From Candidatus Eiseniibacteriota bacterium (GTDB lineage Bacteria; Eisenbacteria; RBG-16-71-46): 42,129 bases of DNA. Below the pieces are notes generated by a model. The model was not told where the DNA came from. It was given only the letters and a program-made list of their open reading frames with translations, and ran no database searches. This document shows, in pieces, positions 17,004 through 29,584 of the stretch. The stretch spans positions 1 through 42,129 of the forward strand of contig JANLWX010000205.1 in NCBI GenBank assembly GCA_031364845.1. Reading direction: 5' to 3'. How positions within the stretch are numbered: the first letter of the stretch is position 1; each line of letters starts with the position of its first letter. Made by a program: the position numbers and the translations under genes.

Positions 17004-18815
17004 TCAGACCTCCCGCGGATACATGTCGAGCGCGCGATTCCAGGCGCGCAGTCTCTGGATCCGCGCCGCGGCGTCGGCCGGCATCGTGAACGGCTGCCGC
17101 CCGCGCGTGTCGATGATCAGCCCCACCACGCCCCCCTTGATCGTTTCCTCGATCGCCTTCCCCTTGCCCGCGCCGAGGTCGAAGCCGCGCTCCGGTGTCG
17201 CGAGCAGTCGCGCCGTTCCCTCGGCCGGAAGCGGCAGCAGCACCAGCTCCCCGAAGGGGATGCTGCGCTCGATGCGTTCCATGCCGGGAGCGCTGACGTC
17301 GATCTTGACGCACGACTGGCCTGGTTTGCCGCCGCCGACCGGCGCGAGCACCGCGCCGAGGCGGATCAGGCAGTCGGCCTCGAACACCTGGGTCGCGGCC
17401 TCCTCATGGACGGTGGACAACACGCCGAGCTGCGGAGCCATGAAGATGCTGTCGACCGCGAGGTGCGTGATGCCTTCGGGCAGGAAGGCATCGATCATCA
17501 TGAGCGCCGACTGCACCCGGCGCGGCGCGTGCGACAGCACGCCGCCCGAGCCGACCAGCAGCCCGAGATCGAGCAGGTTCACGAGCGACGAGCCGCTCTC
17601 ACTCTGCGACATGATGTCCGAGATGGTGCGCTGCGTCTGGATACCCTTGAGTCCGACCGCGAGGGCTTTGTGCTGCTCGAAGGCGAGCCGCAGCGCCTCG
17701 CGCGAGAGCGCCTGTTCAATGACCAGGTCCTCGAGCGTCTGCGGAATGGTGGTCGGACGGATCATCTTGTTCTTGACCCGGTTGCGGAGATCGACCTCGT
17801 CGACATCGAACGGCACCCAGCGCAGGATGTTGTCGATGCCGGCTTCCGACATGACGTTCGAGACCGAGTAACTCATGCCGAGATTCGCGGACACCGTGCG
17901 ATTGAACACATCCTGGAACACCGAGAACACGTCGGTCGTCGCACCGCCGATGTCGACCCCGACCACCGCGATCTGATCGCGCTTGGCGACCTTCTCGATG
18001 ATGAGCCCGACCGCACCCGGGGTCGGCATGATCGGAACCGGTGACCATGTCATGAGCTTCTTGTATCCCGGCGCGTGCGCCATCACGTGCTCCATGAACA
18101 GATCATGGATCGCATCGCGCGCAGGCTTGAGATTTTCGCGTTCGAGCGTGGGCCTGAGGTTCGGAACCACGCTCAGGGCGGTCCGCGATTCGAGATTCTC
18201 TCGCACCACCGGCACCGCATCGCGGTTGCCCGCGTAGATCACCGGCAGCTCGTAGCCGGCCCCCAACCGCGCGCGCGGATCCGCGGCGACGATGATCTCG
18301 GCCATCTCGGCGACGCGCTTCACGTCGCCTCCGTCGGTGCCACCCGACATCAGGATCATGTCGGGGCGCAGCTGGCGCAGCCGGCGGATCTTCTCGTGCG
18401 GGCGCCGCCCGTCGTTGAGCGCGATCACGTCCATCACGATCGCACCCGCGCCGAGTGCTGCGCGTTGCGCGCTCTCGCCGGTCATCTGGAGCACGAGGCC
18501 GGACACCATCATCTGCAGTCCGCCGCCCGCGCTCGAAGTCGAGACGTAGAGATCGACGCCTTCGGTCCCGTTCTGCGGCGAGATGATGCGGTCGCCGTCC
18601 AGCATGCGACGGCCCGCGAGTTCCTCGACTTCACGCACCGCGTTCAGCACACCGCGCGTCACGTCCTCGAACGGCGCCTCGACCGTCGTCGGGGCTTCGC
18701 CGCGCACGATCAGACGGTACTGGTCACCGCGCTTCTCGATCAGAATCGCCTTGGTCGTCGTTGAGCCACAGTCGGTGGCGAGGATCGATCGGATGTTCTC
18801 GGGAAGGATGTCCAT
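17004..18815 (-). CDS. GlmL-like (glutamate mutase L / methylaspartate mutase accessory) ASKHA-fold ATPase
   Basis: ATDCGSTTTK, APTTVE, TSSAGGGL, AALGAGA, PDMILMSGGTDGG, IYAGN, IMPTPGAV, VDIGGATTDVFS, RTVSANLGM, GSGGVL. Confidence 0.88.
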   Translation of the reverse strand: MDILPENIRSILATDCGSTTTKAILIEKRGDQYRLIVRGEAPTTVEAPFEDVTRGVLNAVREVEELAGRRMLDGDRIISPQNGTEGVDLYVSTSSAGGGLQMMVSGLVLQMTGESAQRAALGAGAIVMDVIALNDGRRPHEKIRRLRQLRPDMILMSGGTDGGDVKRVAEMAEIIVAADPRARLGAGYELPVIYAGNRDAVPVVRENLESRTALSVVPNLRPTLERENLKPARDAIHDLFMEHVMAHAPGYKKLMTWSPVPIMPTPGAVGLIIEKVAKRDQIAVVGVDIGGATTDVFSVFQDVFNRTVSANLGMSYSVSNVMSEAGIDNILRWVPFDVDEVDLRNRVKNKMIRPTTIPQTLEDLVIEQALSREALRLAFEQHKALAVGLKGIQTQRTISDIMSQSESGSSLVNLLDLGLLVGSGGVLSHAPRRVQSALMMIDAFLPEGITHLAVDSIFMAPQLGVLSTVHEEAATQVFEADCLIRLGAVLAPVGGGKPGQSCVKIDVSAPGMERIERSIPFGELVLLPLPAEGTARLLATPERGFDLGAGKGKAIEETIKGGVVGLIIDTRGRQPFTMPADAAARIQRLRAWNRALDMYPREV

Positions 18816-18821
18816 GACCTC

Positions 18822-19157
18822 TCAGGTTCGTGGTGTGCGGGCGGCGCGGCGCTCGGCGGCGGCGGCGTGTCGCGCGTTCTGTGCGGTGTCGGCGTGTTCC
18901 TCGATCGATCGCATGAGGACTTCGAGCGTCTCGCGCCGCTCGATGAGCTGGGCGAAGCGGCGGTAGTCGGGAAGCCTGAGGAACGCGCCGACGATCGGCT
19001 CGAAGAACACCATCGCCTGTCCCGCGAGCAGTGACAGCGGGCGCGCGCCCTCTATCGTGAGCAGTGCCGGAACCTCGAGACGCAACTCGACGATGCGCGC
19101 GGCGATGCGCCCGAGCAGCGCGCGATCCTCGGCGGTGATCACGAGATCAGAGCTCAT
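18822..19157 (-). CDS. Small hypothetical protein
   Basis: Start re-called at MSSDLV; LEVPALLTIEGARPLSLLAGQAMVFFEP...LIERRE; co-oriented and tightly packed in the operon. Confidence 0.75.
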   Translation of the reverse strand: MSSDLVITAEDRALLGRIAARIVELRLEVPALLTIEGARPLSLLAGQAMVFFEPIVGAFLRLPDYRRFAQLIERRETLEVLMRSIEEHADTAQNARHAAAAERRAARTPRT

Positions 19158-19638
19158 GGCGTTCCCAATGCGATCGCGCCGCGGCGAGTACTTCGTCACG
19201 CCGGGCGGCAGGCAATGGAAGCACCAGCGCGCGGAACGCATCGAGCCGGCGCGGGTGCGTGAACGGCGACATCACGATCGCGTCGCGACCGGGACGGGCA
19301 CGGCGCAGATCAGCCCAAACGCGACGCTCCCAGCCGAACGCGCTGCGCAACGCGACGCCGGCGTCGTCGATCCGGCACTGAGAGGGAATCAGCAACGGAG
19401 CCAGCGTCCCCGCCGCGGCAAGCGCCAGCAGTACTCCGAGCACGGCACTCGAGAGCAACACCGTCACCAGCGCGTACACGCCGATCGTGAACACGAGCGC
19501 GATCGCGGCGCGTCCGGGCCGCTCGCGCCATGGATTCCACCTCCACTCGATCGCGGCCAAAGCGGCATCGAGCCGGGGCGCGGGCACCGAAACCACGGGC
19601 ATCGCGCCCTGCCCGTGGAGGGCCGCCGTCGGATTCAT
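19147..19638 (-). CDS. Hypothetical membrane protein (2 TM plus a possible PH-like C-terminal domain)
   Basis: Start re-called at ATG 19638 overlapping the gcvPB stop (ATGA); WRWNPWRERP, two hydrophobic helices, PSQCRIDDAGV, LDAFRALVL. Confidence 0.7.
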   Translation of the reverse strand: MNPTAALHGQGAMPVVSVPAPRLDAALAAIEWRWNPWRERPGRAAIALVFTIGVYALVTVLLSSAVLGVLLALAAAGTLAPLLIPSQCRIDDAGVALRSAFGWERRVWADLRRARPGRDAIVMSPFTHPRRLDAFRALVLPLPAARRDEVLAAARSHWERHEL

Positions 19639-21161
19639 CGTCGCGCGACCGTCTCCGCGGCCGGAACCGGCGGGGTGCCGGGTGAAGTGCGCCACTTGAG
19701 GATCAGTTCGCGCGCGGCACGTCCTTCGTCGAGGCGGCTGACGGGAGTGTCGTGCGGCGCGTTCTGAAGGATGTCCGGGTGCTCGCTCGCCTCGCGCGCG
19801 ATGCGTTCCATCGCGAGCGCGAAGTGCTCGAGCCGGTCGAGCGTCTCGGTTTCGGTCGGCTCGATCATGAGGGCTTCCTCGATGATCAGCGGGAAGTACA
19901 CGGTCGGCGCATGAACCCCGAAATCGAGCAGCCGCTTCGCGACGTCGAGCGTCTTCACGCCGTGCTTGCGGAGCGGTTTGCCGGACAGCACGAACTCGTG
20001 CATGCAGTGCTCGTCGTGCGGGAGCTCATACGTCTTCGCGAGACGGCGCATCAGCCAGTTCGCGTTCAGGATCGCGGTGCGGCTCACGCGCCGCACGCCT
20101 TCGGGCCCGAGCGTGAGAATGTAGGTGAGCGCCCGCGCGAGAATCCCGAAGTTTCCGTGGAACGCATGCACGCGGCCGATCGACTGCGGCCGGTCGTGCA
20201 CCAGCGCGTATGCGCCGTCACGCTCGACCACGATCGGAACCGGCAAGAACGGTTCGAGATGCTTCGCCACCGCGACCGGCCCGGCGCCCGGACCACCGCC
20301 GCCATGCGGCGTGGAGAACGTCTTGTGCACGTTGATGTGCATCACGTCGAAGCCGAGGTCGGCCGGGCGCACGAGGCCGACGAGCGCGTTGAGGTTCGCG
20401 CCGTCCATGTAGACCTGCGCTCCCACCGCGTGGGCGCGGCGCGTGACTTCGAGAATGTTGCGCTCGAACTGGCCGATCGTGTTTGGCACCGTGAGCATCA
20501 CCGCGGCCGTCGTCGCATCGAGCGCTTGCGTGAGCGCTTCGAGATCGACGCCGGCGCGTTCGTCCGAGGCGATCGTCACCGTTTCCCAGCCGAGCAGATT
20601 CACGCTCGCGGGATTGGTGCCGTGCGCGGAATCGGGCACCAGCACCTTGCGGCGCGTGTCCCCTTCTCCGCGCGAACGATGGTAGGCGCGGATCAGCATC
20701 AGCCCGGTCATCTCGCCCTGGGCGCCCGCCGACGGTTGCGTCGTGACCGCGGCGAAACCGGTGATGGCGGCGAGCACCTTCTGCAGTTCGAAGATCACGC
20801 GCAGCGCGCCCTGATTCGCGGCATCGGGTCCGAGCGGATGCGCGAGCGCGAATCCGGGCAGTCCCGCGATCTCGTCGTTGATCTTCGGGTTGTACTTCAT
20901 GGTGCACGAGCCGAGCGGATAGAACCCGCGGTCGATGTGATGGTTGAGCGTCGACAGCTCGATGAAATGCCGCACGACCTCGGGCTCCGAGACCTCGGGG
21001 AAGGCGAGCGACTCGCGCAGCGCCACGCCCGCCAGCAGCTCCGCGATCGGCGTGACGGGAACATCACAGCGCGGCAGTTCGGGCCCGCGATGACCCGGCC
21101 CGCCCTGCTCGATCAGCAGCCGGCGCGGGAACGTCAGATCTTCCGATGAGCGCGTGCTCAT
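19635..21161 (-). CDS. gcvPB: Glycine dehydrogenase (decarboxylating) subunit 2
   Basis: FYPLGSCTMKYNP, QPSAGAQGE, PDSAHGTNPAS, MDGANLNA, NVHKTFSTPHGGGGPG (PLP Lys), LMIEPTETE; start re-called at MSTRSS. Confidence 0.96.
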   Translation of the reverse strand: MSTRSSEDLTFPRRLLIEQGGPGHRGPELPRCDVPVTPIAELLAGVALRESLAFPEVSEPEVVRHFIELSTLNHHIDRGFYPLGSCTMKYNPKINDEIAGLPGFALAHPLGPDAANQGALRVIFELQKVLAAITGFAAVTTQPSAGAQGEMTGLMLIRAYHRSRGEGDTRRKVLVPDSAHGTNPASVNLLGWETVTIASDERAGVDLEALTQALDATTAAVMLTVPNTIGQFERNILEVTRRAHAVGAQVYMDGANLNALVGLVRPADLGFDVMHINVHKTFSTPHGGGGPGAGPVAVAKHLEPFLPVPIVVERDGAYALVHDRPQSIGRVHAFHGNFGILARALTYILTLGPEGVRRVSRTAILNANWLMRRLAKTYELPHDEHCMHEFVLSGKPLRKHGVKTLDVAKRLLDFGVHAPTVYFPLIIEEALMIEPTETETLDRLEHFALAMERIAREASEHPDILQNAPHDTPVSRLDEGRAARELILKWRTSPGTPPVPAAETVARR

Positions 21162-22498
21162 GATGCCCTCCCCGCTTCCGCCAGCACCGCGGCCCACCGT
21201 TCGATCTCCTGAACGCTGCGCTGCTCCGTGACGGCGACCAGCAGCAGCCGCTTCCACTCGGGACGGAACTGGCCGAGATCCACACCCGCGAGGATTCCGG
21301 CCTTCATGCCGCGCGCGACTACGGCCGCCGCATCGACCGGGCACTCGAGCGCGAACTCGCGGAAGAACGCACCTTCGTGCGCGCGCCGGTAACCGGGGAT
21401 GGCGGCCGCGAGACCTGCCGCGTGGTGGGACTTCTGAACGCACAGTTCGGCGACGTCGCGCATGCCGTGCTTGCCGAGCAGGCTCATGTGAATCGTCGCC
21501 CGCAGCGCCATCAGACCCTGGTTGGTGCAGATGTTGGAGGTCGCCTTCTCGCGGCGGATGTGCTGCTCGCGCGTCTGGAGCGTGAGCACGAATCCGCGCC
21601 GCCCGTCGCGATCGACGGTCTCGGCCGCGATGCGGCCCGGCATGCGGCGCACCAGGCTCTGCTTGCACGCGAAGTATCCGAGCATCGGTCCGCCGAACGA
21701 CGGAGAATTACCGAGCGCTTGAGCCTCGCCCACCACGATGTCGGCGCCCGCCTTGCCCGGCGGTTCGATCAGCGACAGCGCGATCGGATCGCACACCGCG
21801 ATCGCGAGCGCTCCGACTTCGTGCGTCATCGCGTGGATGCCACGCGGATTCTCGAGCAGCCCGAAGAAGTTCGGCTGCTGGTAGACGACACATGCGACGT
21901 CGGGGCCGAGTGCCGGCCTCAGATCTTCGGCTGCGCACGCGCCGCCGCGGTCTTCCACTACCGTCAAGTCGTGGCCGTCGAGGTAGGTGCGCAACACGGC
22001 GAGATAGTTCGGGTGCAGAGCGCCCGCGACCACGACGCGCCGCCGGCCGGTCTGACTGCGCGCCAGCAGCACCGCTTCGACCGTGGCGGTCGAGCCGTCG
22101 TAGAGCGAGGCGTTCGCGACGTCGCAGCCGGTCAGATCCGCGATCATGCTCTGGAACTGGAAGATCACGGTGAGCGAGCCCTGCGCCACCTCGGGCTGAT
22201 AAGGCGTGTAGGCGGTCGCGAATTCGGAACGCATCGAGAGCGCATTCACCGCGGAGGGGATCCAGTGATCGTAGACACCGGCACCGAGAAACGAGACCGC
22301 GCGGTCCGCCGCGTTCGAGCGCGACCACTCTCCGAACGTCCGCCGGATCTCGATCTCGCTGAGCGGCCCGGGAATCGGCAACGGTTCGCGCAGCATCACC
22401 TGTTTCGGCAGCGCATCGAGCAGGTCGTCGAACGCGTCGACGCCGATCTCGCGCAGCATCCGCTGTTCTTCCGCCACGGTCAGCCCGGTGAAGCTCAC
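21158..22498 (-). CDS. gcvPA: Glycine dehydrogenase (decarboxylating) subunit 1
   Basis: SFLGAGVYDH, EFATAYTPYQPEVAQG, NASLYDG, LQTREQHIRREKATSNICTNQ; GTG start overlapping the gcvH stop. Confidence 0.96.
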   Translation of the reverse strand: MSFTGLTVAEEQRMLREIGVDAFDDLLDALPKQVMLREPLPIPGPLSEIEIRRTFGEWSRSNAADRAVSFLGAGVYDHWIPSAVNALSMRSEFATAYTPYQPEVAQGSLTVIFQFQSMIADLTGCDVANASLYDGSTATVEAVLLARSQTGRRRVVVAGALHPNYLAVLRTYLDGHDLTVVEDRGGACAAEDLRPALGPDVACVVYQQPNFFGLLENPRGIHAMTHEVGALAIAVCDPIALSLIEPPGKAGADIVVGEAQALGNSPSFGGPMLGYFACKQSLVRRMPGRIAAETVDRDGRRGFVLTLQTREQHIRREKATSNICTNQGLMALRATIHMSLLGKHGMRDVAELCVQKSHHAAGLAAAIPGYRRAHEGAFFREFALECPVDAAAVVARGMKAGILAGVDLGQFRPEWKRLLLVAVTEQRSVQEIERWAAVLAEAGRAS

Positions 22499-22884
22499 GC
22501 GTGCTGCTCCTCGATCAGCCGGGTGTACGCGGCACTGTCCATGAGCGCGTCCAGATCGGCGGGGTTCGCGGGTTTGATGCGGATCATCCAGCCGGTGCCG
22601 TAAGGCTCGGCATTCACGGCGGCAGGATTGTCGGCCAGCGCGTCGTTGACCTCGACCACCTCGCCGGCCAATGGCGCGTAGAGATCGCTCACGGTCTTCA
22701 CCGCTTCGACGACGCCGAACGGCTTGCCGGCCTCGATCTTCTTGCCGACCGCGGGCAGCTCGACGAACACGACATCGCCGAGCTGATCGGTCGCGTAACC
22801 CGTGATGCCGACCGTGACGACTCCGTTCGCGAGCTTCGCCCATTCGTGTTCGGCGGTGTACTTCACATCATCGGGATACGGCAA
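22495..22884 (-). CDS. gcvH: Glycine cleavage system H protein
   Basis: YTAEHEW, VGITGYA..QLGDVVFVELP, VEAVKTVSD (lipoyl Lys), VNAEPYGTGW; TTG start with AGGAGG. Confidence 0.97.
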   Translation of the reverse strand: MPYPDDVKYTAEHEWAKLANGVVTVGITGYATDQLGDVVFVELPAVGKKIEAGKPFGVVEAVKTVSDLYAPLAGEVVEVNDALADNPAAVNAEPYGTGWMIRIKPANPADLDALMDSAAYTRLIEEQHA

Positions 22885-22953
22885 GACATCCTCCTGAGCA
22901 GTTCTAAGCGTGAAATCGATCCAACAGCGGCACTGCGCCCCAAGAGCGCGTGA

Positions 22954-24060
22954 TCACTTGCGCGAGCCGTGTTTCCAGAACGGAGCAGTCACCACGCGAG
23001 CGAGGAGGCGGCTCGCACCGGCCACGACTTCGAGCGTCGTTTCCGGTGCCGTGAATTCCTTCTCGACGTAGGCCATCGCGATCGGGCGTTCGAGACTCGG
23101 ACTGAACGTGCCGCTGGTCACTGTGCCCACCATGCGATCGCCCGACTCCACCATCATGCCGTGACGCGCCACGCGGCGACCGTCGAGTTCGAGGGCCACC
23201 AGCTTTCGCGTGAGGCCCTGCTCCTTCTGGCGCACGAGCACACTCTTGCCGATGAAGTCCGCCTTCTTGAGCTTGACTGTCCATCCAATGCCGGCTTCCA
23301 GCGGCGAGGTGCTGTCGTCGATGTCGTTGCCATAGAGCATGTAGCCCATCTCGAGCCGCAAGGTGTCGCGCGCGCCGAGACCGACCGGCTCCATCGCCGC
23401 CGCGCGGCCGGATTGCTCGAGACCGTTCCACACGGTCGCCGCGTGCTTCGGATGGAAGTAGAGCTCGAAGCCGTCCTCACCGGTGTAACCGGTGCGCGCG
23501 ATCACCGCGGGAACGCCGAACAGCGGGCCTTCGATGAAACGGTAGTAACCGAGCTCGAGTGCGGCGTCCGGCACATGGCCCCGCAGCACGTCCGGAGCCT
23601 TCGGTCCCTGGACCGCGAGCAACGCGGTCTCGGCCGAACGGTCCTCGAGCGTGACACCGGCCGGGCAGTGCTCTTTCATCCACGCCAGGTCCTTCGCGAT
23701 GTTCGAGGCGTTCACGACCACCATGAAGTGATTCTCGGACCGGTAGATCAGCAGGTCGTCGACGATCCCGCCGCCGGGGCGGCACATCGGCGAGTACATC
23801 GCCTGTCCCGCCGCCACCGCGGCGAGGTCGTTCGTCACGATATGGTTCAGAAATTCAAGCGCGCCCGGCCCCGAGACGAAGAACTCGCCCATGTGGGAGA
23901 TGTCGAACAGGCCCGCCTTCTGGCGCACGCACAGATGCTCACGGACATCGCCCGAGTAACGCACCGGCATCTCGAAGCCGGCGAAGTCGATGAGCTTGCC
24001 GCCGGCCGCCTGATGGAAGGCGTGAAACGGTGTTCGCTGGGGAACAGTGTGGGTGTCCAC
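22954..24060 (-). CDS. gcvT: Glycine cleavage system aminomethyltransferase T
   Basis: FAGFEMPVRY, GLFDISHMGE, GGIVDD, AVQGP, RTGYTGEDGFE, GLGARDTLRLE; start re-called at GTG 24060 after GGAG. Confidence 0.96.
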   Translation of the reverse strand: MDTHTVPQRTPFHAFHQAAGGKLIDFAGFEMPVRYSGDVREHLCVRQKAGLFDISHMGEFFVSGPGALEFLNHIVTNDLAAVAAGQAMYSPMCRPGGGIVDDLLIYRSENHFMVVVNASNIAKDLAWMKEHCPAGVTLEDRSAETALLAVQGPKAPDVLRGHVPDAALELGYYRFIEGPLFGVPAVIARTGYTGEDGFELYFHPKHAATVWNGLEQSGRAAAMEPVGLGARDTLRLEMGYMLYGNDIDDSTSPLEAGIGWTVKLKKADFIGKSVLVRQKEQGLTRKLVALELDGRRVARHGMMVESGDRMVGTVTSGTFSPSLERPIAMAYVEKEFTAPETTLEVVAGASRLLARVVTAPFWKHGSRK

Positions 24061-24089
24061 GGGTGACTCCTGGGTGGGCAAACGCGATC

Positions 24090-24119
24090 AGGATATCGAG
24101 CGGAAGCGGCCGCGGTCAA
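24090..24119 (-). promoter_or_regulatory. sigma70-type promoter of gcvT
   Basis: Minus strand TTGACC-N18-TATCCT between the kbl stop and the gcvT RBS. Confidence 0.7.
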
Positions 24120-24122
24120 CCC

Positions 24123-25331
24123 TCAGCGCGCAACGCCCTTGAGAACACCGAGCGCGTGACCCGCACGCGTGAACGCCGCCACCGCGCGCTCGATCATCGC
24201 CGGCGTGTGCGCCGCCGACAGTTGCACGCGGATGCGGGCCTGCCCCTTCGCGACCACGGGATACGAGAAGCCGATCACGTAGATCCCGTCGTCCAGCAGC
24301 AGGCGCGCCATCTCGTGGGCGAGCTTCTCGTCGTACAGCATGATCGGAACGATCGGATGCGAGCCCGGCTTCAACTCGAAGCCTGCCGCCCCCATCGATT
24401 CGCGGAACGCGCGGGTGTTGCGCTCGAGGCGATCACGCAGTTCGGTTCCGCGCGACAGCATGTCGAACACCGCAATCGACGCCCCGACCACCGCGGGCGG
24501 CAGCGTGTTCGAGAACAGGTACGGGCGCGAGCGCTGGCGCAGGAGCTCCACGATCTCGCGCCGGCCGGTCGTGAATCCGCCGATCGCCCCGCCCAGCGCC
24601 TTGCCGAGCGTGCCCGTCACGATGTCGATCCGCCCCACGGTGCCGGTGTGCTCGGCGGTGCCGCGACCGGTCGCGCCGAGGAAGCCGAGCGTGTGGCACT
24701 CGTCGACCATCACCATCGCTTCGAAGCGGTCGGCGAGATCGCAGATGCCCTGGAGATTCGCGATCGTCCCATCCATGCTGAATGCACCGTCGGTGGCGAT
24801 CAGGATGCGGCGGCAGTTCTGCGCGCGAGCCTCGGTCACGCACCGCTCGAGCGAGGCCATGTCGTCGTGGTCATATCGCCAGCGCTTCGCCTTGCACAGC
24901 CGGATGCCGTCGATGATCGACGCGTGGTTCAGGGCGTCGGAGATCACCGCATCCTCCTCGCCCAGCAGCGGCTCGAACACGCCGCCGTTCGCGTCGAAGC
25001 ACGCGGCGTAGAGGATGGTGTCCTCGGTGCCGCAGAACTCCGCGATCCTTTGTTCGAGCGTGCGATGGAGGTCCTGGGTTCCGCAGATGAAGCGCACCGA
25101 CGACAGGCCGTATCCGTGGGAATCGATCGCGCGATGCGCGGCGGCGATCACATCGGGATGGCTCGAGAGGCCGAGGTAATTGTTCGCGCAGAAGTTGAGC
25201 ACGCGACGCCCGTCGGCGAGCGTGATCTCGACATCCTGGGGCGAGGTGATGATGCGCTCATCCTTGTACGTGCCGGCGTCGCGGATCGCCTGGAGTTCGG
25301 CTTTCAATTCGTTCTTCACCCGCTCGAACAT
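24123..25331 (-). CDS. kbl: Glycine C-acetyltransferase (2-amino-3-ketobutyrate CoA ligase)
   Basis: [67 protein letters not shown]. Confidence 0.96.
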   Translation of the reverse strand: MFERVKNELKAELQAIRDAGTYKDERIITSPQDVEITLADGRRVLNFCANNYLGLSSHPDVIAAAHRAIDSHGYGLSSVRFICGTQDLHRTLEQRIAEFCGTEDTILYAACFDANGGVFEPLLGEEDAVISDALNHASIIDGIRLCKAKRWRYDHDDMASLERCVTEARAQNCRRILIATDGAFSMDGTIANLQGICDLADRFEAMVMVDECHTLGFLGATGRGTAEHTGTVGRIDIVTGTLGKALGGAIGGFTTGRREIVELLRQRSRPYLFSNTLPPAVVGASIAVFDMLSRGTELRDRLERNTRAFRESMGAAGFELKPGSHPIVPIMLYDEKLAHEMARLLLDDGIYVIGFSYPVVAKGQARIRVQLSAAHTPAMIERAVAAFTRAGHALGVLKGVAR

Positions 25332-25332
25332 G

Positions 25333-26442
25333 TCAGACCTCCTCGCCCCACGGAACCAGCACCACCTTGCCCGCGGTGCCGGTGCGCAGCAGCGCGATCG
25401 CGTCCTCGAAGCGCTCCATCGGCATCACGTGCGTGATCGCGGGACTCAGATCGAGCCGGCCCGATCCCAGCAGATTGTCCAGCTGATACCAGGTGTCGAA
25501 CATGCGCCGGCCGATGATGCCGTGCACGGTCACGCCCTTGAAGATCACGAGCCGGTTCCAGTCGAGCTCGAACGGTTGCTTCGGGAGGCCGAGCAACGAC
25601 AACCGGCCCCCGTTGCGCAGGGCCGCGAGACCATCCCGCATCGCCTGCGGATTACCGGACATCTCGAGCACGCCATCGAGACCCTGCCCGCCGGTCAGCT
25701 CGTGAACCCGCTCGACCAGCGACTCCTTCGAAACATCGATGGTGGCGTCGGCGCGCATCCGGCGCGCGAGGTCCAGCCGATAGGGCGAAACGTCGCTCGC
25801 GAACACGCGCGCGGCACCCGCGGCACGCGCGACGCCGATCGCGAACAGTCCGATCGGCCCGCAGCCGGTGACACCGATGTTGCACCCCGACAAGGGGCCG
25901 GCGAATGCGGTGTGGACGGCATTGCCGCACGGCTCCATCACCGCAGCGACTTCGAGCGTGACATTCGCGGGAACGCGCCATGCGTTGACGGCGGGGACCA
26001 CGACGTACTCCGCGAATCCGCCCGGCACATCGACGCCCAGGATTCGCGTGTTCTCGCACACGTGCCCGTTGCCGGTGCGGCACGCGAGGCAGTGGTTGCA
26101 CACGATGTGACTCTCGCACGACACGCGCTCGCCCGGAACGAAGCCCGAGACCCCGGAGCCGATCTCGACGATCTTGCCGACGAATTCATGGCCGAGTGTC
26201 ACGGGCGGGCGGATGCGGCTCTCGGACCAGCGGTCCCATTCGTAGATGTGAAGGTCGGTGCCGCACACGCCGGCGCGCAGGACCTTGAGCAGAAGCTCGC
26301 CCGCGCCGGCCGCCGGCACCGGGACTTCACGGATCTCGGCACCGGGGCCGGCGCCGGCCTTGACGATCGCATGCATGGTGCGCGCGGGTGTTCGTGTCTC
26401 TCGCGGGGATACCGTGCTGGTGGCGGGGGTTCCGGGGTTCAT
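25333..26442 (-). CDS. tdh: L-threonine 3-dehydrogenase
   Basis: [29 protein letters not shown]...[24 protein letters not shown]; adjacent to kbl; alternative start 26376. Confidence 0.94.
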   Translation of the reverse strand: MNPGTPATSTVSPRETRTPARTMHAIVKAGAGPGAEIREVPVPAAGAGELLLKVLRAGVCGTDLHIYEWDRWSESRIRPPVTLGHEFVGKIVEIGSGVSGFVPGERVSCESHIVCNHCLACRTGNGHVCENTRILGVDVPGGFAEYVVVPAVNAWRVPANVTLEVAAVMEPCGNAVHTAFAGPLSGCNIGVTGCGPIGLFAIGVARAAGAARVFASDVSPYRLDLARRMRADATIDVSKESLVERVHELTGGQGLDGVLEMSGNPQAMRDGLAALRNGGRLSLLGLPKQPFELDWNRLVIFKGVTVHGIIGRRMFDTWYQLDNLLGSGRLDLSPAITHVMPMERFEDAIALLRTGTAGKVVLVPWGEEV

Positions 26443-26603
26443 GTCATGGGCCTCGGGAAGCGAGGGGAATGTCGGGCGGCGGAGATGATGTCAGGACGCG
26501 TGGCATCATATCCGATCGTCGCGCCGGCGACAGCCGGCCAGAAGCGGGTCACGCTCTCAGTTCCGCGCAACCCCGAGTCGATCCGCGCGGCGACCGTTCG
26601 TGG

Positions 26604-29504
<2,901 letters not shown>

Positions 29505-29513
29505 GGGGGGCGA

Positions 29514-29522
29514 ACTATAGCA
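29514..29522 (-). promoter_or_regulatory. Extended -10 promoter directly upstream of uvrA
   Basis: Minus strand TGcTATAGT followed by 9 nt and the uvrA ATG; no SD sequence. Confidence 0.55.
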
Positions 29523-29546
29523 GCAACATCAACCGGTGCACACATG

Positions 29547-29565
29547 GGCCCCAACCGAAGGGGCC
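29547..29565 (-). terminator. Short hairpin after the exporter operon
   Basis: GGCCCC-N7-GGGGCC about 20 nt after the permease stop; no U tract. Confidence 0.35.
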
Positions 29566-29584
29566 TACGGGACGATCCCCCGAG

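Noticed and set aside
17004..18815. Calling a glutamate mutase pathway or mismatch-repair MutL
   Set aside because: No mutase S/E subunits or B12-binding motif are present, and the protein has ASKHA motifs, not GHKL motifs
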